Positions 24,167-33,254 of a stretch of DNA of 33,254 bases are shown one piece after another. The stretch's first letter is position 1. The number at the start of each line of letters is the position of its first letter. The notes below the pieces were generated by a model, which was given only the letters and a program-made list of their open reading frames with translations, made no database searches and had not been told where the DNA came from. The DNA is from Nemertoderma westbladi (Eukaryota; Animalia; Xenacoelomorpha): contig JAUCBJ010003325.1 in NCBI GenBank assembly GCA_032718475.1, positions 1-33,254 of the forward strand, in the 5' to 3' direction. The position numbers and the translations under genes are program-made.

Positions 24167-26216
24167 TGGTAAATATTTTCGACCTACGCGTAGCTACGCG
24201 TAGTTTGTAACTTCCATTCCTGTCATTTACCGGTAGGACAAGACTTACTGCCTTTTTAACAACTACGCGTAGGTGTTTTAAAGCTACGCGTAGTTATTTT
24301 GGAACTACGCGTAGGTATTTTGAAACTACGCGTAGGTGCTACGCGTAGCCGTCCTGATAACAATGATGTTTCATTTCAGGTCCGGTAGGGTTGAGTTGTT
24401 AGGCATGTATAGGTATATGTCACCAACTAATTTGAATTAGCTGGGGTTCTGCTACTTCCGGTACATTTTTGGTTTCAAATGGTGTCCGTCAAGGAAGTTT
24501 GCTCAGCCCCCTCTTATTTAACATTTATATGAATGACTTAAGTGTAGAACTAAACAAATCTAATGTTGTATGTAAAGTTGGAAAGTCTTTTAAATCACTT
24601 ATTTTACGCAGATGACCTGTGTTTACTGTCGACGAGTATTTTTGGGTTACGAGCACTAGTCAATTTGAGCGTTACGGCGCTAAATTTGATATTTTGTTCA
24701 ATCCATTCAAATCACACTGTTTGTATTTTTTGCCTTATCGTTTTCACCGTGCAGGCGACATCTATCTCAATGGAAAACCGTTAGACTGTGTTAAGCAGGT
24801 ATCATACTTGGGACACATTATAAGCTGTGACCTTTCTGATGAAGCAGACATGAATAAAGTTAAATCTTCTTTATTTTGTCGAGGTAATTTGTTAGTTAGA
24901 AATTTCTCTCAGTGTTCTCTTGGTGTTAAATTATGTTTGTTCAAAACTTATTGCTACAGTTTATATTGCTGCTCTTTGTGGTCTATTTTCCGTGTACAAA
25001 CTTTGCGACAAGTGAAAGTAGACTATAACATGTGTTTTCGTCTGTTGTTTAAATACTCCCGTAGTGACGATGCAGACACAATTTTTGTTAATAATAGAGT
25101 AATTAACTTTAAGGCCATTATGCGCAAAGTTATATTTTCCTTGTTAAACAGAGTAAATAATTTAGGTGATACGCTAATTGGTGCCGTTATAACAAATTTT
25201 TCAGTGAACTCTGCTCTGATTGATCTGTGGCACAAGGTGCTTGATCCAAGTTAAACGTAATTATTGTATTCGAAATACATTGTTGAATTTTCTTTTTTTC
25301 TTATTTTGTGTAATTCTACTTTAATGTGCTGTATTTCTCTAATTTAGTTTAGTTTAGTTTAGTTCAGTCTTGTATGTACAATGGATCGTTTGTGTCTGAG
25401 ATTATAAATAAAATAAATAAATAAATATGTCAGGTATCTGATTATCAGACAAATGGAATAACAGAATCGGACGCTCATATCTCTACATACAGCACTGGTA
25501 ATAATATTCGGCTCTTTACAAACACAGGATAAAAAGTAGTCCTAAAATTCACGTCTCATGATTCAAATATCTTTGTTTCCATCGGATTATTTAAATATTC
25601 TACAGTAGTATATGCTACCAGTCTACCGGTGAAGTGGTTAAGCGAAAGCTGATAAATACAATGCATATAATTCAATTGTTTGGTCAAATAACGAGTGCAA
25701 CCAATCATGGTAGACAATTTAGTCTCCCCCTTCCCTTGTCAAGGGGTTAACATATTAATTATATCCTTACCATATCGTGAACAAAGGCAATAAAAAGCAA
25801 TGGAGAATCGATAAGAACCATCCGGCCTATTTCCTTTGTAAACTATTTTTGAACTCTAAACATTATTTACCGGTAACACATTTTAGCGCCCACAACGCAT
25901 GAAGTGAAGAATATGTAGTCTTAGCGTATTCCTCTATATAGAGTATACAGGTATAGGATACATTACTGTTGAAAGCATTTGATGGTTGTGGGTTGTTTAT
26001 TGAACATACCGTATTGTGTGTTATTTCAGTACTGACTCGCTTGGAATACGTAGGCCTACTAATGATAAACGTCGTATAGGCATAGTTATGGGTAGCTCCT
26101 ACGCGAAGTTATACGTAGCACCTACGCGTAGTTAATGTTAAAACTCTGAAACTGGTGATATATGACCCAATGTTGCGAACTACGCGTAGCTACGCGTAGG
26201 TCGAAAAGATTTACCC
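24167..26216. mobile_element. Non-autonomous Mutator-like (MULE) DNA transposon, 2050 bp including a nested LINE
   Basis: 9-bp TSD CTTATTCTG at 24158-24166 and 26217-26225. 45-bp TIRs (24167-24211 and 26172-26216, 41/45 identical), (T/G)GGTAAAT(A/C)TTTTCGACCTACGCGTAGCTACGCGTAGTT. Subterminal CTACGCGTAG palindromes. The superfamily call rests on TSD length and G-rich termini. Confidence 0.85.
24423..25424 (+). mobile_element. 5'-truncated, frameshifted non-LTR retrotransposon (LINE RT C-terminal half + 3' UTR + (TAAA)n tail); clade not resolved (L2/CR1/RTEX-like)
   Basis: Reads ISWGSATSGTFLVSNGVRQGSLLSPLLFNIYMNDLS / NHLFYADDLCLLS / FNPFKSHCLYF...SYLGHIISCDLSDEADM...LFKTYCYSLYCCSLW across two frameshifts (~24590, ~24663). 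Stop at 25252-25254; tail ATAAATAAAATAAATAAATAAA; candidate TSD ATATGTCA at 24415-24422 and 25425-25432. Confidence 0.9.
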
Positions 26217-26302
26217 CTTATTCTGCGTCAGGGATATCCTCAAGAGGCTACTACTGTACTACAACTACTCGTCAAGACCTACTACAGTACTACTGTAGAA
26301 GA

Positions 26303-26720
26303 CAGGCCGTGCAGCCGACTGCTAGGCCCTAAAACTTATGGGACGACTTTTTATTAACAATGCTGATGCTACAGTGTAAATGAATACAGATTACTCATAA
26401 TGGCCATTCTTTCACACTCACTAACTGTATATTTGGCTATTTGGGGTAATCGCTGACGGAGAATCTGTTTCTACAGTTAAGTCAACAACTATTTGCCTCT
26501 ATTGATATTCTCCTTAACAGTGTCAATTCGCCAAGGCTCCGCCAACTTCGTGGCTCGCCCCACACCCCTATCATTCAACAATATTGATTTTACTTTATGT
26601 ACTAAATTAACTCTCACTTTTTTGTATGCTCCCCAAATCCCAGTTATGGGTTTGCCCCCCCCCCCCCCCCCCAGATTTGGCCTCTGCCCCCCCAGATATT
26701 ATGATCACCATACGCGCCTG
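26303..26720. mobile_element. Possible remnant of a hAT-type MITE
   Basis: The right end reverse-complements to CAGGCGCGTA followed by G-runs (poly-C at ~26655-26672 and ~26687-26693). A weak partner CAGGCCGTG lies at ~26303. No matching TSD found. Confidence 0.3.
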
Positions 26721-27073
26721 TATGTTTCTGGCAGTAATTTTTTCATCCAAAAATGATATCTACTCAATAAGGCGAGCTATACATAGGGCAATGACAAAAT
26801 GCGTACTTTGGTGGTGGTATTGATTTGTTCTTGTTGTGTTAATTGCGTCGTTTGAAGGGAAAATACATTGAGATGGTTTATAACTTACCGTATATTAAAG
26901 TTTGAGGCTAATTATAACAGTACAAGTACAGTATGAGTACAGTACAGGCCAAGTACAGTAGGGCTGAGCACAGTGGCAGCAGATGACGTTATTGACAGAT
27001 GGCAGGCCATGAGGAGGTAAATTGCAGACATACAAGGTATCAGATAGTATTCCCTGGTCTACCTTTTACCCGA

Positions 27074-27148
27074 GCCGCTATATAGCTGAATGGTTAGAGC
27101 GTCAGACTTCCAACCCGGAGGTCACCTCTTCAATCCCACCTGGACGTT
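27074..27148 (+). pseudogene. Degenerate tRNA-like sequence (tRNA pseudogene or tRNA-derived SINE head)
   Basis: A-box/D-arm TAGCTGAATGGTTAGAGCG, anticodon loop CTTCCAA (TCC, Gly-like), GAGGTC variable region, degenerate B-box TCTTCAATCCC. Acceptor, anticodon and T stems pair poorly, so not a functional tRNA. Confidence 0.6.
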
Positions 27149-27279
27149 ATTGCCAACTTTGCTAAGCTGTGCCCAACATAAAGTTATAAAATTCGATATC
27201 TTCTTGGTGAAATAATTTTTGAAAGCGGGTCATTATTATAATTATCAGATGTAATCCTTTCGATTAAATTAAATGCGGA

Positions 27280-30200
27280 AAATTAATTAAAACTGTGATG
27301 GTATCCGGAATTAGCGCCCTTCTAAATGAATTAAAACTGTGATGGTATCCGGAATTAGCGCCCTTCTAAATGAATTAAAACTGTGATGGTATCCGGAATT
27401 AGCGCCCTTCTAAATGAATTAAAACTGCGATGGTATCCGGAATTAGCGCCCTTCTAAATGAATTAAAACTGTGATGGTATCCGGAATTAGCGCCCTTCTA
27501 AATGAATTAAAACTGTGATGGTATCCGGAATTAGCGCCCTTCTAAATTAATTAAAACTGTGATGGTATCCGGAATTAGCGCCCTTCTAAATGAATTAAAA
27601 CTGTGATCGTATCCGGAATTAGCGCCCTTCTAAATGAATTAAAACTGTGATGGTATCCGGAATTAGCGCCCTTCTAAATTAATTAAAACTGTGATGGTAT
27701 CCGGAATTAGCGCCCTTCTAAATGAATTAAAACTGTGATGGTATCCGGAATTAGCGCCCTTCTAAATGAATTAAAACTGTGATGGTATCCGGAATTAGCG
27801 CCCTTCTAAATTAATTAAAACTGTGATGGTATCCGGAATTAGCGCCCTTCTAAATTAATTAAAACTGTGATGGTATCCGGAATTAGCGCCCTTCTAAATG
27901 AATTAAAACTGTGATCGTATCCGGAATTAGCGCCCTTCTAAATGAATTAAAACTGTGATGGTATCCGGAATTAGAACCCTTCTAAATTAATTAAAACTGT
28001 GATGGTATCCGGAATTAGCGCCCTTCTAAATTAATTAAAACTGTGATGGTATCCGGAATTAGCGCCCTTCTAAATTAATTAAAACTGTGATGGTATCCGG
28101 AATTAGCGCCCTTCTAATTGAATTAAAACTGTGATGGTATCCGGAATTAGCGCCCTTCTAAATTAATTAAAACTGTGATGGTATCCGGAATTAGCGCCCT
28201 TCTAATTGAATTAAAACTGTGATGGTATCCGGAATTAGCGCCCTTCTAAATTAATTAAAACTGTGATGGTATCCGGAATTAGCGCCCTTCTAAATTAATT
28301 AAAACGTGATGGTATCCGGAATTAGCGCCCTTCTAAATGAATTAAAACTGTGATGGTATCCGGAATTAGCGCCCTTCTAAATTAATTAAAACTGTGATGG
28401 TATCCGGAATTAGCGCCCTTCTAAATTAATTAAAACTGTGATGGTATCCGGAATTAGCGCCCTTCTAATTGAATTAAAACTGTGATGGTATCCGGAATTA
28501 GCGCCCTTCTAAATTAATCAAAACTGTGATGGTATCCGGAATTAGCGCCCTTCTAATTGAATTAAAACTGTGATGGTATCCGGAATTAGCGCCCTTCTAA
28601 ATTAATTAAAACTGTGATGGTATCCGGAATTGGCGCCCTTCTAAATTAATTAAAACGTGATGGTATCCGGAATTAGCGCCCTTCTAAATGAATTAAAACT
28701 GTGATGGTATCCGGAATTAGCGCCCTTCTAAATGAATTAAAACTGTGATGGTATCCGGAATTAGCGCCCTTCTAAATGAATTAAAACTGTGATGGTATCC
28801 GGAATTAGAACCCTTCTAAATTAATTAAAACTGTGATGGTATCCGGAATTAGCGCCCTTCTAAATTAATTAAAACTGTGATGGTATCCGGAATTAGCGCC
28901 CTTCTAAATTAATTAAAACTGTGATAGTATCCGGAATTAGCGCCCTTCTAATTGAATTAAAACTGTGATGGTATCCGGAATTAGCGCCCTTCTAAATTAA
29001 TTAAAACTGTGATGGTATCCGGAATTAGCGCCCTTCTAATTGAATTAAAACTGTGATGGTATCCGGAATTAGCGCCCTTCTAAATTAATTAAAACTGTGA
29101 TGGTATCCGGAATTAGCGCCCTTCTAAATGAATTAAAACTGTGATGGTATCCGGAATTAGCGCCCTTCTAAATGAATTAAAACTGTGATGGTATCCGGAA
29201 TTAGCGCCCTTCTAAATGAATTAAAACTGTGATGGTATCCGGAATTAGCGCCCTTCTAAATGAATTAAAACTGTGATGGTATCCGGAATTAGCGCCCTTC
29301 TAAATGAATTAAAACTGTGATGGTATCCGGAATTAGCGCCCTTCTAAATGAATTAAAACTGTGATGGTATCCGGAATTAGCGCCCTTCTAAATGAATTAA
29401 AACTGTGATGGTATCCGGAATTAGCGCCCTTCTAAATTAATTAAATCTGTGAGGGTATCCGGAATTTGCGCCCTTCTAAATGAATTAAAACTGTGATGGT
29501 ATCCGGAATTAGCGCCCTTCTAAATTAATTAAAACTGTGAGGGTATCCGGAATTAGCGCCCTTCTAAATGAATTAAAACTGTGATGGTATCCGGATTTAG
29601 CACCCTTCTATATTAATTAAAACTGTGATGGTATCCGGAATTAGCGCCCTTCTAAATGAATTAAAACTGTGAGGGTATTCGGAATTAGCGCCCTTCTAAA
29701 TTAATTAAAACTGTGATGGTATCCGGAATTAGCGCCCTTCTAAATTAATTAAAACTGTGATGGTATCCGGAATTAGCGCCCTTCTAAATTAATTAAAACT
29801 GTGATGGTATCCGGAATTAGCGCCCTTCTAAATTAATTAAAACTGTGATGGTATCCGGAATTAGCGCCCTTCTAAATTAATTAAAACTGTGATGGTATCC
29901 GGAATTAGCGCCCTTCTAAATGAATTAAAACTGTGATGGTATCCGGAATTAGTGCCCTTCTAAATGAATTAAAACTGTGATGGTATCCGGAATTAGCGCC
30001 CTTCTAAATGAATTAAAACTGTGATGGTATCCGGAATTAGCGCCCTTCTAAATGAATTAAAACTGTGATGGTATCCGGAATTAGCGCCCTTCTAAATGAA
30101 TTAAAACTGTGATGGTATCCGGAATTAGCGCCCTTCTAAATGAATTAAAACTGTGATGGTATCCGGAATTAGCGCCCTTCTAAATGAATTAAAACTGTGA

Positions 30201-31817
30201 TGGTATCCGGAATTAGCGCCCTTCTAAATGAATTAAAACTGTGATGGTATCCGGAATTAGCGCCCTTCTAAATTAATTAAATCTGTGAGGGTATCCGGAA
30301 TTAGCGCCCTTCTAAATGAATTAAAACTGTGATGGTATCCGGAATTAGCGCCCTTCTAAATTAATTAAAACTGTGAGGGTATCCGGAATTAGCGCCCTTC
30401 TAAATGAATTAAAACTGTGAAGGTATCCGGAATTAGCGCCCTTCTATATTAATTAAAACTGTGATGGTATCCGGAATTAGCGCCCTTCTAAATGAATTAA
30501 AACTGTGAGGGTATCCGGAATTAGCGCCCTTCTAAATTAATTAAAACTGTGATGGTATCCGGAATTAGCGCCCTTCTAAATTAATTAAAACTGTGATGGT
30601 ATCCGGAATTAGCGCCCTTCTAAATTAATTAAAACTGTGATGGTATCCGGAATTAGTGCCCTTCTAAATTAATTAAAACTGTGATGGTATCCGGAATTAG
30701 CGCCCTTCTAAATTAATTAAAACTGTGATGGTATCCGGAATTAGCGCCCTTCTAAATGAATTAAAACTGTGATGGTATCCGGAATTAGCGCCCTTATAAA
30801 TTCATTAAAACTGTGATGGTATCCGGAATTAGCGCCCTTCTAAATTAATTAAAACTGTGATGGTATCCTGAATTAGCGCCCTTCTAAAGGAATTAAAACT
30901 GTGATGGTATCCGGAATTAGCGCCCTTCTAAATGAATTAAAACTGTGAGGGTATCCGGAATTAGCACCCTTCTAAATTAATTAAAACTGTGATGGTATCC
31001 GGAATTAGCGCCCTTCTAAATTAATTAAAACTGTGATGGTATCCGGAATTAGCGCCCTTCTAAATTAATTAAAACTGTGATGGTATCCGGAATTAGCGCC
31101 CTTCTAAATTAATTAAAACTGTGATGGTATCCGGAATTAGCGCCCTTCTAAATGAATTAAAACTGTGATGGTATCCGGAATTAGCGCCCTTCTAAATTAA
31201 TTAAAACTGTGATGGTATCCGGAATTAGCTCCCTTCCAAATTAATTAAAACTGTGATGGTATCCGGAATTAGCGCCCTTCTAAATGAATTAAAACTGTGA
31301 GGGTATCCGGAATTAGCGCCCTTCTAAATTAATTAAACTGTGATGGTATCCGGAATTAGCGCCCTTCTAAATTAATTAAAACTGTGATGGTATCCTGAAT
31401 TAGCGCCCTTCTAAATGAATTAAAACTGTGATGGTATCCGGAATTAGCGCCCTTCTAAATGAATTAAAACTGTGAGGGTATCCGGAATTAGCGCCCTTCT
31501 AAATTAATTAAAACTGTGATGGTATCCGGAATTAGCGCCCTTCTAAATGAATTAAAACTGTGAGGTCATCCGGAATTAGCGCCCTTCTAAATAAATTAAA
31601 ACTGTGAGGGTATCCGGAATTAGCGCCCTTCTAAATGAATTAAAACTGTGAGGGTATCCGGAATTAGCGCCCTTCTAAATTAATTAAAACTGTGATGGTT
31701 TCCGGAATTAGCGCCCTTTTAAATTAATTGAAACTGTGATGGTATCCGGAATTAGCGCCCTTCTAAATTAATTAAAACTGTGAGGGTATCCTGAATTAGC
31801 GCCCTTCTAAATGAATT
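27280..31817. repeat. 44-bp satellite, ~103 copies, consensus AATTAAAACTGTGATGGTATCCGGAATTAGCGCCCTTCTAAAT(G/T)
   Basis: Head-to-tail 44-bp period with no spacers. Main polymorphisms are AAATG/AAATT and GATGG/GAGGG. Confidence 0.98.
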
Positions 31818-32293
31818 TGTTAGAAATGTGGAGAATTTGTTAGAAATGTGCAATCTCTATACAGTTTATGAGATAGTGGCTTTTTAAGGAATTTTTTTTT
31901 AGAAAGGTTCTATCTTAGAATTTTGTTGACGAAATTACAAAAGTTCAATTTCCACAGTTTGTAAGAAAACTGAGATAATGAAGAATAAATCCGATCTGTT
32001 CGTTTCGTGGTCTGCACTCCGCGCACAGTAGTTCCTTTATCCACTAAAACATCTGTCTGCTTAGAATGAATTATCGTTGTATCGCTTCTCTAGTTCTTCT
32101 GTAGAAGTGTCGGGGTCAAACCAGTTGTGTTTTCGTTGAAATGATACGACAATAATCCAGTATCTATAGATTGGGGATGTAAAGAAACCATCGACTTACC
32201 ATTATTACCTGTTGTTACACCTTCAACAATTAGTTTTTATTTCAACTGTCGTAGATACAAATTTCAAATGGTATCTATTTATTTGTATTTCAG

Positions 32294-32414
32294 TATCAAA
32301 GCTAATAACGCGAGGCGTGATCAGTCAAGTAGTACCTCTTCACAACAACGACGATCTTTCACGACTCCGGGACATCTGGGTAAAGGCCGCCCTCAGAACT
32401 CAACCTTTGGACAA
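32294..32414 (+). CDS. ANO8: Anoctamin-8-like (TMEM16H) internal coding exon
   Basis: Acceptor ...TATTTCAG and donor GTAAGT. Encodes SKLITRGVISQVVPLHNNDDLSRLRDIWVKAALRTQPLD (cf. ANO8 ELAARGIIQQVFPVHE...WVQAVCENQPLD). Ends in phase 2. Confidence 0.85.
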
Positions 32415-32701
32415 GTAAGTTAATTATACTAGGTGAGTACCGTCTCTAGGTCTGGTCGGACCCAAACCTTTGGTATACGATAGGTGATCAAGGCAAACTG
32501 AGAGCGAGAGTTTCTCCAATCTTTGACCTTGGCATTTTGCGTTCATTGAATTTCCAAAGAAACTATACGTGGTTTGGTGGTTACTCTTAAATGATGTAAC
32601 TTGTAACACTGCCAGCGTACTCAGACTCACTACACTAAATCTCACATTCGATTTATTTGTTTTTAATTACTGAACTCCTTAACTGATATTTCTTACTTTA
32701 G

Positions 32702-32843
32702 AGTCGCTGAATACTTTGGTGTTAAGATCGCAATGTACTTTGGATGGCTCGGCCATTACACGATAGCTCTAATGTTCCCGTCTCTCTTTGGTTTGTTTGT
32801 CTGGCTCTACATCTCTAGTACAAACGAATCCGAGGATCAACAG
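32702..32843 (+). CDS. ANO8: Anoctamin-8-like internal coding exon covering the first TM helix
   Basis: Acceptor ...TTACTTTAG and donor GTCAGT. AA|A completes Lys in phase with the previous exon, then VAEYFGVKIAMYFGWLGHYTIALMFPSLFGLFVWLYISSTNESEDQQ. YFGVKIAMYFxWLG matches ANO8. Absent from the ORF track. Confidence 0.9.
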
Positions 32844-33090
32844 GTCAGTCCAACTACTAAAGATGAGCTATTTGGGTCAAAATACAAAATACGCCTTTTT
32901 ACATCTGCATGATTGAGGATTTTGAATTCAGTACTATGTTAGTCTACGAAAGTTTTACTAAGTGTAAGTGATGCGCTTTTTAAACAATACTCGCTATTTG
33001 TTATTAGACACATTTGAATTCTAGAACAAATTATTTATACTGGATTCTTTCTACAGTAGATCTACTGTAAGTTCTAATTTCGTATCGGCA

Positions 33091-33207
33091 AGCACTGAGC
33101 TCTGAGCACTGAGCTCTACCTGCTACAGTAGCACTGAGCACTGAGCTCTACCTGCTACAGTATAAGCACTGAGCACTACCTGAGCACTGAGCACTGAGCT
33201 CTACCTG
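33091..33207. repeat. Short intronic minisatellite built from GCACTGA and GCTCTACCTGCTACAGTA modules
   Basis: Repeated AGCACTGAGC(TCTACCTG) units, read directly. Confidence 0.75.
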
Positions 33208-33254
33208 TATAGTACACTATATACTACCTCTACAGTATAAGTTATAATGTAAAT

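Noticed and set aside
26790-26840. YFGGG peptide as an upstream ANO8 exon
   Set aside because: Bounded by stops within a few codons, with no convincing splice sites or further similarity.
27074-27148. Functional tRNA-Gly(TCC)
   Set aside because: Acceptor, anticodon and T stems do not pair properly and the B-box lacks GGTTC.
27280-31817. CRISPR-like array
   Set aside because: Units are contiguous with no unique spacers, there are no cas genes, and the context is eukaryotic.
32212-32293. 5' part of ORF 32212-32418 as coding
   Set aside because: It is T-rich intron sequence ending in a TTTCAG acceptor. Anoctamin similarity starts at 32294.

Overview
Eukaryotic, almost certainly metazoan, repeat-rich genomic DNA with three recognisable genes. 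(1) A 5'-truncated, intronless Golgi carbohydrate 6-O-sulfotransferase (CHST/GST family) at 3-1067 is interrupted by one in-frame TAG. (2) An intact, intronless NPRL2 (GATOR1 GAP subunit) lies on the minus strand at 21676-22959. (3) Two phase-compatible internal exons of an anoctamin-8-like gene lie at 32294-32414 and 32702-32843. About half the window is a 13-bp satellite (AGTAGACCCACAC, ~1495-20409). It is split by a 2437-bp non-autonomous hAT-type element that has an 8-bp TSD and is almost entirely one inverted repeat. The window also holds a PIF/Harbinger-like MITE (TAA TSD), a Mutator-like element (9-bp TSD, 45-bp TIRs) carrying a nested 5'-truncated LINE, a degenerate tRNA-like head, and a ~4.5-kb 44-bp satellite with higher-order structure. 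The long 'GSTVWVYCVGLLC' ORFs are artefacts of the satellite. I find no clear evidence of a new biological system. The best leads are the foldback hAT, the nested elements, the in-frame stop in the sulfotransferase, and possible nesting of NPRL2 and the CHST inside an ANO8 intron.
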